Shown here one piece after another: positions 44,654-53,326 of a DNA stretch of 64,000 nt. The notes under the pieces were generated by a model that did not search any database, was not told the DNA's origin, and was given only the letters and a program-made list of their open reading frames with translations. A program made the translations under genes and the position numbers. The first letter of the stretch is position 1. Every line of letters begins with the position of its first letter. Origin of the DNA: an uncultured bacterium (GTDB lineage Bacteria; Chlamydiota; Chlamydiia; Chlamydiales; JAJFMA01); the NCBI GenBank assembly GCA_964436955.1, contig CAYTFC010000002.1, forward strand, positions 583 through 64,582, given 5' to 3'.

Positions 44654-44674
44654 CGCATATTTCTTTTTTTTTTC
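44641..44674 (+). terminator. Intrinsic terminator in the 5' region of the NSS transporter gene
   Basis: tatgcgc-ggcta-gcgcata followed by tttctttttttttt. Lies 59 nt upstream of the transporter ATG. Confidence 0.55.
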
Positions 44675-44732
44675 CACATTTCCTCCATTAGGCTATAGAA
44701 TACACATCGTTATATAAGTTAAGGAGAATCAC

Positions 44733-46085
44733 ATGAAAAGAGAATCTTGGCGCGATCGAGCAGGTTTTGCTCTCGCTGCGATGGGTTCCGCTATTGGTTT
44801 AGCCAGCATCGTACGCTTTCCCTATCTTGTCGCCGATCACGGCGGTGCAGCATTTATTGCGGTCTATTTACTAAGCTTATTGGTGATCGGGATCCCAATC
44901 ATGCTTGGCGAAGTAACCCTGGGCCGCGCCACGCATCGTAACCCTTACGGCGCTTTTTCCAAGCTGGGCAAAGGAACTCTTTGGAAAGCCAGTGGTGCCT
45001 GGATCCTCATGACTGCCCTAGTGGTCAGCGCTTTTTATAGTGCTTTATCTGGCTGGATCTGTGGCTATCTAGTCGAAGCGTGCTTTAATGAGCTCGAGCC
45101 CTTAAAAACTTCAGTATTAGCATCTACGCATTTCAAAGAACTACTTGGAACTGCCTGGTGGACTCTTGGTTACCATTTTGTATTCCTACTTTTAGCTGTT
45201 TCCGTTGTTTATGCAGGGTTACGTGACGGCATCGAGCGCGGCTGCAAGGTTATGATGCCCTTACTGCTTATCACGTTGCTTCTTCTGGTTATAAAAGGTT
45301 TAACGCTTGATCATGCATCAGAAGCTCTCCACTATCTGTTCACCCCTGATTGGAGTCAGATCACTCCTGGAGTAGTGTTATTAGCTCTTGGACAGTCCTT
45401 CTTTAGCCTCAGCTTAGGACAAGGCACCATGATTACCTACGGCAGCTATTTGCCCAAAGGTGCTCCCTTTGCTTACAACTGCACCTTTGTAGCCATTTCA
45501 GTCGCCATTGTTTCGATGTTTGCTGCTATTGCAGTCTTTACTATCGTCTTTTCGGCCGGAATTGAACCCGAAGGCGGACTCGGACTCATGTTCCAAACGC
45601 TCCCCGTAGTATTTGCTAATATGACTGGTGGCTATTTGCTTGGCGTTGTTTTCTTTGTGTTAGTTGCGTTGGCGGCTTTGACATCAGAAATTTCGGCCCT
45701 AGAGCCCTTGATTGCTTTCCTTGTGGATGAAAAAGGCTGGGCCCGTAAGAATGCAGCAATGGCTACTGGCGCTATGGCCTTCTTTATAGGTGTCCCATGT
45801 GCCCTTTCAACTAACGTGCTAGCTAACTGGACCCTTTGGGATAACAACTTGCTGGAGCTTTTTGACCTTGCTGCCACCACTGTATTGGTACCTATAGGTG
45901 GATTGCTTGGGGTTCTCCTTGTGGCTTGGAGATGGGGCTTTAAACACGCCTTTGACGAGCTCACTTATGGATCGAATAGTAAATACGCCTTTGGACGTTT
46001 TTACTGGAAGGCTTGCCTAAAATATCTCGCCCCTGCTCTCATTTTGGTTATTTTTCTAAGTAACTTGGGTCTTCTGCATAGCTAA
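44733..46085 (+). CDS. Neurotransmitter:sodium symporter (NSS/SNF) family amino-acid transporter
   Basis: N-terminal WRDRAGFALAAMGSAIGLASIVRFPYLVADHGGAAF signature and about 11-12 TM helices. AAGGAG SD. Confidence 0.9.
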   Translation: MKRESWRDRAGFALAAMGSAIGLASIVRFPYLVADHGGAAFIAVYLLSLLVIGIPIMLGEVTLGRATHRNPYGAFSKLGKGTLWKASGAWILMTALVVSAFYSALSGWICGYLVEACFNELEPLKTSVLASTHFKELLGTAWWTLGYHFVFLLLAVSVVYAGLRDGIERGCKVMMPLLLITLLLLVIKGLTLDHASEALHYLFTPDWSQITPGVVLLALGQSFFSLSLGQGTMITYGSYLPKGAPFAYNCTFVAISVAIVSMFAAIAVFTIVFSAGIEPEGGLGLMFQTLPVVFANMTGGYLLGVVFFVLVALAALTSEISALEPLIAFLVDEKGWARKNAAMATGAMAFFIGVPCALSTNVLANWTLWDNNLLELFDLAATTVLVPIGGLLGVLLVAWRWGFKHAFDELTYGSNSKYAFGRFYWKACLKYLAPALILVIFLSNLGLLHS

Positions 46086-46090
46086 CTTAT

Positions 46091-46136
46091 TAACCTCGAG
46101 AGTTTGCTTGAGAGCTCTTGAGGTTATCTTTTTTTT
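46091..46136 (+). terminator. Rho-independent terminator of the NSS gene
   Basis: taacctcgaga / tcttgaggtta forms an 11-bp stem (one G-U) followed by tctttttttt. Confidence 0.6.
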
Positions 46137-46137
46137 C

Positions 46138-46166
46138 TTGACGTAAGTAACTTACCTACTCATAAT
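46138..46166 (+). promoter_or_regulatory. Sigma-70-type promoter of the OMP gene
   Basis: TTGACG (46138-46143), a 17-nt spacer, then CATAAT (46161-46166). Confidence 0.55.
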
Positions 46167-46221
46167 GCGCAATTTAAAACTTGCTTTACGCCCGTCAAAC
46201 TCAACACTTCGTGGAGAAATT

Positions 46222-47043
46222 ATGAAAAAACTTTTGACCATGCTCGTGGCGCTGGCAACTTCCAGTTCCCTGTTTGCTAGCTACAGCGGAAACCCCATTC
46301 AGTCCACCTTAACCCCAGAATCCCTATATGGCGGTTCTTTCGATTGTGGGTGTTTTCCCGCTAGACTGCGTCTCTCGTATCAGCGCGATACAGTTGCCGA
46401 TCGTAAACTGCGCTGCAAAGATCAAAATTTTCGCATCGATGATGCTGCGATGACATCTGATATGGGTATAGTAGCCCTCACCATCTATGATAAGTTCGAA
46501 ATTTATGGCGGTGCTGGCGGAGCTCAATTCTTGTTCGGATGCCGTCCTAACGCAGCGGCACCCACTCCTAATCATGTGCGTATTGAATTCGAAACCTACG
46601 ATAAACTCTGCTACACCGTCGGTGGAAGAGTTGCTCTGTATGAAAACGAATGCGGAACAGCCATCGGACTAACTGGTAACTGGTTTCATGCAGAGCCCCT
46701 GATGGAATGGGATGACCTGCATCAAGGCGCAACTCCAACTCAAGCGAACTTGCGCTGGAATGAATGGCAGCTTGCTCTTGGTGTTGCCCAGAGAATCAGC
46801 TTCTTTACTCCTTATGCAGCCGTAAAATACAGTGCTGTAAGAGGTAGAATTCAAGACACCCTGATCGCACAAGGTGGCGGCCCAACGACTATTACTTTTG
46901 ATCAATTTAACATTCGTAGCCGCCACCATATTGGCGCTGTATTTGGTGTGACGCTCTCTAATTACGAAGCTTTTTTCCTTAACTTCGAAGCTCGAGTATT
47001 CGATGAGCGCGCATTCACAATCGAAGGTGGCTTAACCTTCTAG
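46222..47043 (+). CDS. Outer-membrane beta-barrel protein, chlamydial MOMP/OmpA-like, Cys-containing
   Basis: Signal peptide MKKLLTMLVALATSSSLFA. Alternating beta-strand pattern and a C-terminal ...TIEGGLTF. GGAGAA SD. The ORF-track start 46165 lies inside the -10 box. Confidence 0.7.
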   Translation: MKKLLTMLVALATSSSLFASYSGNPIQSTLTPESLYGGSFDCGCFPARLRLSYQRDTVADRKLRCKDQNFRIDDAAMTSDMGIVALTIYDKFEIYGGAGGAQFLFGCRPNAAAPTPNHVRIEFETYDKLCYTVGGRVALYENECGTAIGLTGNWFHAEPLMEWDDLHQGATPTQANLRWNEWQLALGVAQRISFFTPYAAVKYSAVRGRIQDTLIAQGGGPTTITFDQFNIRSRHHIGAVFGVTLSNYEAFFLNFEARVFDERAFTIEGGLTF

Positions 47044-47061
47044 TCCTTACTGCACTCTCCC

Positions 47062-47100
47062 CGCCCTATCCCTTTGCCCTAGGGGGTAGGGCGATTTCTT
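47062..47100 (+). terminator. Hairpin after the OMP gene
   Basis: cgccctatccct / aggggtagggcg forms a stem of about 12 bp with G-U pairs. The T-tract (atttctt) is weak. Confidence 0.4.
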
Positions 47101-47221
47101 ATCAGATTTTAACCTTCCCTCTTTTAATTTAATTCTCTGTCATGCTACAAAAAAAATAGGACGCCAAAAAGACAGGAGTCCCAAAGCTTCTCTGGTAATG
47201 TTTATCCAAAAGGAGCTGTCT

Positions 47222-47809
47222 ATGAGCATTTTAAAAACCCTGATTATCAGCTCTCTAGTGTTCGGATCGGCATATGCCGATGGCTTTGGATTTCGCTCAG
47301 GACAATTTGATCTTCAGTTTACTCCAGGAGAAGGCATGCAAATCGCGCAAAACATTCGAGCAGAAATGCTCGATAACGTGATTTGTTCCGCCATTACTAG
47401 CCAAAAGAAACTCGTGATGACCGTTCAAGGGAAGGACATCACAAGCACCAAGGAAATGCAAATGGTGACCAAAGAAATCACCATTGAGCCGTACGCCTTC
47501 GGTGTTTCAAAAGACGGTAAACCCGTGTTGCGCGGAAACGTAACTGAGGAAAAAGAAGTCAAAGAAGTCACGGTGAAATTTAACGAAGATAAGTTCACCA
47601 AAGAACAGGAAGAAGCCTCTAGCGCCGAATTTCCTAAGAAAAAAGGCTTTTTCTCTGGGTTATTTAGCTCGAGCGGTCAAAACGTAGATATCAGCCAGGT
47701 CGTTCAAGTACGAGTCGTTGAGGACTCAAAATTTGACGCACCTAGCGATTTTAAAGGATTTGATGATGCATCAATCCAAGTTATCTGCGAATTGCCCGTG
47801 AAAAAATAA
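47222..47809 (+). CDS. Secreted hypothetical protein (195 aa)
   Basis: AAAGGAG SD 7 nt upstream. Signal peptide MSILKTLIISSLVFGSAYA. Lys/Glu-rich centre. No family recognised. Confidence 0.6.
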   Translation: MSILKTLIISSLVFGSAYADGFGFRSGQFDLQFTPGEGMQIAQNIRAEMLDNVICSAITSQKKLVMTVQGKDITSTKEMQMVTKEITIEPYAFGVSKDGKPVLRGNVTEEKEVKEVTVKFNEDKFTKEQEEASSAEFPKKKGFFSGLFSSSGQNVDISQVVQVRVVEDSKFDAPSDFKGFDDASIQVICELPVKK

Positions 47810-47839
47810 CAAGCTTTGACATTTCTTTTTCATAGCCGT

Positions 47840-47880
47840 CGACTTCTCCTCGCTTGCGAGGGGGAGTCGTTTTGTTTTCT
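47840..47880 (+). terminator. Rho-independent terminator between convergent genes
   Basis: cgacttctcctcg / cgagggggagtcg forms a 13-bp stem followed by ttttgttttct. Confidence 0.6.
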
Positions 47881-47941
47881 CAAGAGATTCAAAAAAGAAC
47901 CGAAGAGATCTAAGCTAAGGACCTAAGACCCTGATTGCTAC

Positions 47942-49600
47942 CTAAATTGACCCTTCTTCCTTAATCGTACGATAAACCATCTCTAGATAATGTTTACTAT
48001 TTTCCGGTTTAAATTGAGCGCTCGATATGCCAGCAGCAGCTAGGTAGAAACCTAGGAAAATAACATCAGCTTGTTCTTTGCCAATAAGATTTAGAGCCCA
48101 CTGCTTAGTGGCGTCGATGCATGGTTGGGCTCCGGGAGACTTAATGATGCAATCTTCCAAATTTTTAAATATTTGACAAAAGGTTAGAGCATATGAGTAG
48201 CTTTTTGGATAGTTTTGCATTAAATCTATTACTATTTGATTTGCATCTAAAATAGATTGTGTATGTAATTTTAATGCATCTAGCCATATCTGCGGCCTTA
48301 CCACGTTATGACACGTCAGATAAATTAGCGCTGATGGATATATCAGAGGAAATGCAATTTTGTGTTGATGGGCGCAAAAATTTAAGTGACGATGAACTTT
48401 CTCTAGCGTACCATCACTTATGCCAAATTGGTGATTGCTATTTGATAATAAAGATTGTTCTTCTTTACCATTTGCTACAATTTTGGAGAAAAAGGCCTTC
48501 ATCTCTTCACCTCGCAAAATGACTTGTGCCTCGTGCACTAATGTTTCATAGCACGGCCCATAGGAAATGCATATTTCTTGACCTTTCTCGATGCAATCAA
48601 TGGCCAAAAGAAAGATTCGTATTGAACCCTGATAGACTGTTTCCATTAGGAAAGCGTTTGGAAAGCCACAATTCGCACGAGTACTTACACCTCCCATTGA
48701 TTCGCCATCGAAATTGCGATAGACATAATCACTATCGAGTGAAGAGCGCCCTCCACACACCCCACCATATTCATCGATAATCCTCCCTCTTTCGATATCC
48801 TGACCCGCGAATAACCCAAGAGCATTCGGCAAGCTGGATAGCAACAGTGATTTTTTAAGAACTAGTTTTGGCGGATTCGCAAAATATGCCTCTAGTATAG
48901 GCGCATAGACATTTGCGTAGGCGGTTTCGCGAGTCAGTTTTTTATTGGATTGCGATTGCCATAATTCTCTGGCACCTTTATCTCCAACGTAAAGAGGAAG
49001 AGAGCGAAATTGCTGTAAGCCATTTGTCATTAACCTTAAACGGTCTAGGCTTAAATGACTAATAGCGGTTAGTTTGCCGAGTTCCGAATCTAGAACTTTG
49101 ACATTCATTTTCGAGGCCGGACCCGGAGTGTGTCCCCCGTAAACCTTAATAGATTCATAGGTCGCTAGCAGAGGAGTTTTTTTTGCTGGATCAGCACCTT
49201 TGCTAATTAACTCATTTGTAAAATCAGGTTGACATAATGCTGCATGATGAAGAGCACTAAAACCATATTCATCTGTGACATTGATCTGTGCTTTACCCAG
49301 GAGCGATGCAATACCAGATGCCACTACGCGTCGTCCCATCAATATTGCTAACATGAGAGGCGTAAGATGGAAAAAGTCTTGGTCAGCTGCATTTAGTTTA
49401 AGCGATGACTTAGCTGCAAGATTGTTAGCCATGTTAAGGCATGTATTATCCTTTTGTCCCATAGCGATTTGGTAATGCAGTAAATAAGCATTTACACGTC
49501 CTGATGGTTGAGGTTTCTTTGTCTGTTGGCGATATTCATCCTTACTGTATGCGGTGGAAATTTCTATTTTGGTGATTGGACTGGAAGCCGTTAGCTGCAT
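47942..49600 (-). CDS. Ankyrin-repeat plus SET-domain protein (candidate eukaryote-like lysine methyltransferase effector)
   Basis: Ankyrin repeats (LTPLMLAILMGR...; GFSALHHAALCQPDFTNELISKGADP). SET motifs (RANCGFPNAFL, similar to NHSCxPN; GQEICISYG, similar to ELxxxY). An extra ~200-aa C-terminal region of unknown type. Confidence 0.8.
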   Translation of the reverse strand: MQLTASSPITKIEISTAYSKDEYRQQTKKPQPSGRVNAYLLHYQIAMGQKDNTCLNMANNLAAKSSLKLNAADQDFFHLTPLMLAILMGRRVVASGIASLLGKAQINVTDEYGFSALHHAALCQPDFTNELISKGADPAKKTPLLATYESIKVYGGHTPGPASKMNVKVLDSELGKLTAISHLSLDRLRLMTNGLQQFRSLPLYVGDKGARELWQSQSNKKLTRETAYANVYAPILEAYFANPPKLVLKKSLLLSSLPNALGLFAGQDIERGRIIDEYGGVCGGRSSLDSDYVYRNFDGESMGGVSTRANCGFPNAFLMETVYQGSIRIFLLAIDCIEKGQEICISYGPCYETLVHEAQVILRGEEMKAFFSKIVANGKEEQSLLSNSNHQFGISDGTLEKVHRHLNFCAHQHKIAFPLIYPSALIYLTCHNVVRPQIWLDALKLHTQSILDANQIVIDLMQNYPKSYSYALTFCQIFKNLEDCIIKSPGAQPCIDATKQWALNLIGKEQADVIFLGFYLAAAGISSAQFKPENSKHYLEMVYRTIKEEGSI

Positions 49601-49654
49601 AGCAAACCTTTAGTGATAGTTGCGCCAGCACGATAGCAATAGATCAAAATAAAG

Positions 49655-49724
49655 GCAAAAAAATTAAAACCCGATTTGCCATCTACATCCTAGCTACGAC
49701 TAGTATGTAGGCGGCAAGTCGGGG
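49655..49724 (-). terminator. Candidate terminator of the tex-to-ugpQ gene string
   Basis: On the minus strand, cccgacttgccgcctacat pairs with atgtagatggcaaatcggg (19 bp, 2 mismatches) and is followed by ttttaattttttt. Confidence 0.45.
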
Positions 49725-49849
49725 TTAAAGTCGGAAGTTTTTATGGTCGGTGGACAGGACTCCGCATTGTTTTTCAATCTTTCATCCTCATAGAAAATTT
49801 AAAAACTAAGTCGTCGACTATGCAATTGCCTCCTTACGTCCCTTGTCGT

Positions 49850-50527
49850 TTATGATCCTTTTCCGGTTTTGGTAGATAGGGCGAGGGGGTTGTTGGTGAT
49901 AATGCCGGAGGCGCCTTGCTGTAGCAGCTGTACTGCTCTTGCTGTATCATCAACGGTCCATACCCAGATGGGTTGGTGGGCTTCCGCAAGACGCTTTGGT
50001 GTTGCAAGTTTGTTTTCTAATCCTAAAACACCGATTCCAACTTCATGGAGAGGGTCTAATTCTGATTCGTATTCGGCCAGTCCAATAATGTGGTCTTGAG
50101 GCCATCGAGCGGCAATTTCCCTCAATATCCATATGGAAAAACTACCGAGAAATGGGCGAGAATGCCCAAATCCTTCGAAGTGATGTACTAAATCGACGAC
50201 TGCCTCCACAAGGCGTTTCGGAGAGCGACAACCTAAACCCTTTAGTTCAATAAAGAGTTGCACATCACGTCTGTCTAGGTTAAGCACTTGCTCGAGCGTG
50301 GGCACAACGTTCATACCTGGGAGCGCTTTGATTTCTTTAACAGAGAGGTCTGCTAATAGGGTACAGTTTGGTCCGACAAGCGCATCATGGCGACAGATGG
50401 GGATTCCGTCTCGTGAGAGGTGCACATCGAGTTCCAAGCAATGCGCACCGACTTCAATGGCCCGTTGAAAGGCTGCCAAAGTATTTTCTGGTTGCTCTGC
50501 GGAGGCTCCTCGATGTGCAATAATCAT
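49850..50527 (-). CDS. ugpQ: Glycerophosphodiester phosphodiesterase (cytoplasmic type)
   Basis: IIAHRGAS..PENT and ELDVHLSRDG motifs. No signal peptide. Confidence 0.9.
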   Translation of the reverse strand: MIIAHRGASAEQPENTLAAFQRAIEVGAHCLELDVHLSRDGIPICRHDALVGPNCTLLADLSVKEIKALPGMNVVPTLEQVLNLDRRDVQLFIELKGLGCRSPKRLVEAVVDLVHHFEGFGHSRPFLGSFSIWILREIAARWPQDHIIGLAEYESELDPLHEVGIGVLGLENKLATPKRLAEAHQPIWVWTVDDTARAVQLLQQGASGIITNNPLALSTKTGKGS

Positions 50528-51831
50528 ATCTGCTTACTCAACATCACGAGTGTTTCGACGTGTGTGGTTTGTGGGAACATATCGTATCCCTTACATTCTT
50601 GCACTTGGTAGCCTTTTTGACACAATACGGTTAAGTCGCGAGCCAGGGTTGCTGGCATACATGAAACATAAATAATGTGCTTTGGGGCTGCGTCAACGAT
50701 GGCTTTCAGCGTGACTGGGTCGGAGCCTATACGCGGTGGATTAAGAACCACTAGGTCAAAATTGTGTTCTTTCAAAGTTTGGCGAATGACTTTCGCTACT
50801 TCTCCACGTACAAAAACGGCTTTAGGACACTTGTTAGCATCAGCATTTTTCTTAGCAAGCGTGATCGCTTCGGCATTAGCTTCTATTCCAATTGTTTGCA
50901 CTCCTTGCTTAGCTAACAGAAGGCTGGTGACTCCAATGCCGCAATAGAGATCTAACACTTTCTTGGCAGAATGCTCCTTTACCAACATTTCGATTTGGTG
51001 GTAGATATGTGCGCTTTGTTCGGGATGGCTTTGCACAAAGGCTTTCGGAGAGTAAGTGATGGTTAAACCACCAATCGTCAGTTGACAATCGGTTTTCCCA
51101 TAAGTGGATCCTCGATCGCTTCCACGCCAAACGGCGCCGATGATGGAACTGTCATTATTGACGGCGAGTTTAAGTACGTTATCAATGTTGTCTGGAATGT
51201 GTCCCGGGAAATCAAAAAACAATACAAAACTGCCTTTTCCATCTTTAATGATGCTTACATGTGCGCGTAGGCCTTCCTCATAGGTTAGCTCTGTGACTAA
51301 TTGAGACACGAGATCTACTATAGGATGGTCGGGTTTAACGAAAATGGGGCACTGATTAACGGAAACGAGTTCTTTGTCATCGATTCCTACGTATCCGACG
51401 CGATAGGTATTGTCCTGGGTAAACAGGGTGAGTCGAATATGTCTGCGATAGGCCCACGGCTTGTCTGTAGGAACGATCTTTGCAGGTTTTGTAAGCTGAA
51501 TCTTTCCAATCCGTGTGAGGGCGTCCTCAACAAAATGGAGCTTTTGGTCGACCTGCATTTCGTACTTTAGATGCTGCAGTTGGCAGCCACCGCAACGTCC
51601 AAAATAGGGACAGAGGGGTTGTGTACGTGATTCACTTGGGTGAGTGACTTCTACGAGTTCTGCTTCGGCGAACTTCTTCTTAAATTTGCGGATCTTTACC
51701 TTTACATGGTCTCCAGGAGCGGTAAATGGCACGAATACCACTAGCCCTTCATGTCGCATGATTCCCATTCCACCAAAGGCCAGGCGAATGATTTCCCCTT
51801 GCAGTTCTATACCTGTTAAATTCTCAGTCAC
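50524..51831 (-). CDS. rlmD: 23S rRNA (uracil-C5)-methyltransferase, RlmD/RumA family
   Basis: TRAM-like N-terminus, Fe-S cysteines CPYFGRCGGCQLQH, SAM motif DLYCGIG, and NPPR. Confidence 0.9.
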   Translation of the reverse strand: MTENLTGIELQGEIIRLAFGGMGIMRHEGLVVFVPFTAPGDHVKVKIRKFKKKFAEAELVEVTHPSESRTQPLCPYFGRCGGCQLQHLKYEMQVDQKLHFVEDALTRIGKIQLTKPAKIVPTDKPWAYRRHIRLTLFTQDNTYRVGYVGIDDKELVSVNQCPIFVKPDHPIVDLVSQLVTELTYEEGLRAHVSIIKDGKGSFVLFFDFPGHIPDNIDNVLKLAVNNDSSIIGAVWRGSDRGSTYGKTDCQLTIGGLTITYSPKAFVQSHPEQSAHIYHQIEMLVKEHSAKKVLDLYCGIGVTSLLLAKQGVQTIGIEANAEAITLAKKNADANKCPKAVFVRGEVAKVIRQTLKEHNFDLVVLNPPRIGSDPVTLKAIVDAAPKHIIYVSCMPATLARDLTVLCQKGYQVQECKGYDMFPQTTHVETLVMLSKQI

Positions 51832-51832
51832 T

Positions 51833-53326
51833 TTATACTTGCCCTACTGTTTCACGCTCGAGAAGCTCAGGAGCGTTTAGTTTATCATAAAAGTCCGCAA
51901 ACCGTTCATTGGCTCCCAGGCGATCGCGTAGAGCTTGATAGCGATCATGAGAATACACTTGCCAAAACTGTTCTGGCGAATAGAAATTAAAGCTGTATAG
52001 AACTTTGCGTCCGCCTAGTTCGTTGGCGCGTAGTTCTAGATTGTGCACAAGTGCAGGCACGCTCTCTGTTGCATTTGGAATTCCGTATAATCCCACATTG
52101 ACGAAATCGGGTTGAGGAAAGCTGGAGGAGGCTTGCATGTAATGCGGGGTAAGGAATTGGTCTGTAGATGTTCCGCGCACTGGACATAGCCAAATGGGCG
52201 TGATTTTTACATGTTTGTAGACATAATCGAGGAACGTGGCCACCTGGTGGAATGGGATATAGAAGTCCTGTACGAGATAGAGTTGAGCGCGGGTGGATTC
52301 TGGCAGGTGATGGAACACTTTGTATAGGCTGCGAGTGGACAGTTTCCAACCTAAAAGGCCGCGCCAAAGCATTCCAGGATTTAGCTTGGGTGGTGTTGCT
52401 TGATATTCGCGATGCAAGCTTTCCGCAAGATTCGGTTGTGTGAGGTGCCATTCGCTGATATGCCTCCACAAAGCTCCTGGGCTAGTGACAAACTGTCCCA
52501 TCCAAAATCCGCCGCGGTCGTATCGGAAGAGGTAATCATAAACAGTGAGGTAGTCTGGTTGGAGTATCGCACTTGATGCTTTTTCTATGACGTGTTGAGC
52601 AAACCACTTAGCCCACCATTGGTCTTGGCGTAACATAGTAAGCTTGCTGGGTGCTTCGCGTTTGGAGATACGCGTACCCTTCATGATCACGATGCGTTTA
52701 TCGGGCAACACCATTCCGTCGAGGTAGTCTGGGCCTTGGGTGCTTAATGCACTGAGTTTTTTACAGAAGTCTGTGGGGGAATCGCATAGAATGTAGTCTA
52801 ACTGAACATAATCTTTAGCGGGAACCAGAGCGATTTTCACGCAGGTCAGATTGACCAGTGTGCCGTAGGATCCCGCGAGACCATAAAATAGCTCGCTGTC
52901 AACCTGTGGCGACACACGCTTAGGTGTGCCATCGGCTAGCAATAGTTCATATTCAAGCGCGGTATCATTGAACTGGCCGTATGTGTAGGAGGCACTTTCC
53001 AAGGCGGCTCCCATGATGGCACCGCCCACGGTGATTTCCTTACATTCTGGGAGAACCGTCGGTATTAACCCGACATATAAACATGCTTTGGCGAGTTCGT
53101 TCATGGTAACGCCCGGTTCGACCCACACGTAGCGCTCAGAGGTATTGATTTCCAGGACGTTGTTTAAGGAGCGGAATGAGGTATTCGATTGCCCTGGCAT
53201 CTTGCCTCTTGTCACGTGCGAGACGTTTGAGGCATTTCTTGCTCTTATCACGGGTCCATTGGTCTGCCGTAGCTGGAGAGATAGTGCCTCCACGGCGATG
53301 TGGTGTTGTTGCCATTGGTCAGACAT
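51833..53326 (-). CDS. FAD-linked oxidoreductase resembling eukaryotic Delta24-sterol reductase (DHCR24/DIMINUTO), paralogue B
   Basis: FAD-binding block ITVGGAIMGAALESASYTYGQFND. DHCR24-like blocks YDYLFRYDRGGFWMG, LVQDFYIPFH, PIWLCP, VNVGLYG, LYSFNFYSPEQFW. ATG 53326 aligns with the paralogue A N-terminus and overlaps its stop (ATGTCTGA). Confidence 0.8.
   Translation of the reverse strand: MSDQWQQHHIAVEALSLQLRQTNGPVIRARNASNVSHVTRGKMPGQSNTSFRSLNNVLEINTSERYVWVEPGVTMNELAKACLYVGLIPTVLPECKEITVGGAIMGAALESASYTYGQFNDTALEYELLLADGTPKRVSPQVDSELFYGLAGSYGTLVNLTCVKIALVPAKDYVQLDYILCDSPTDFCKKLSALSTQGPDYLDGMVLPDKRIVIMKGTRISKREAPSKLTMLRQDQWWAKWFAQHVIEKASSAILQPDYLTVYDYLFRYDRGGFWMGQFVTSPGALWRHISEWHLTQPNLAESLHREYQATPPKLNPGMLWRGLLGWKLSTRSLYKVFHHLPESTRAQLYLVQDFYIPFHQVATFLDYVYKHVKITPIWLCPVRGTSTDQFLTPHYMQASSSFPQPDFVNVGLYGIPNATESVPALVHNLELRANELGGRKVLYSFNFYSPEQFWQVYSHDRYQALRDRLGANERFADFYDKLNAPELLERETVGQV

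Noticed and set aside
46165-46221. N-terminal extension of the OMP gene (ORF-track start at 46165)
   Set aside because: That ATG lies inside the predicted -10 box (CATAAT). The downstream ATG 46222 has a GGAGAA SD and starts a canonical signal peptide.
51987-52469. Long antisense or alternative-frame ORFs inside large genes (for example 51987-52469, 53578-53973, 34205-34585, 1157-1546, 4375-4644)
   Set aside because: They are nested within genes that have strong family signatures. Their products are Arg/Ser/Pro-rich, as is typical of out-of-frame translation.
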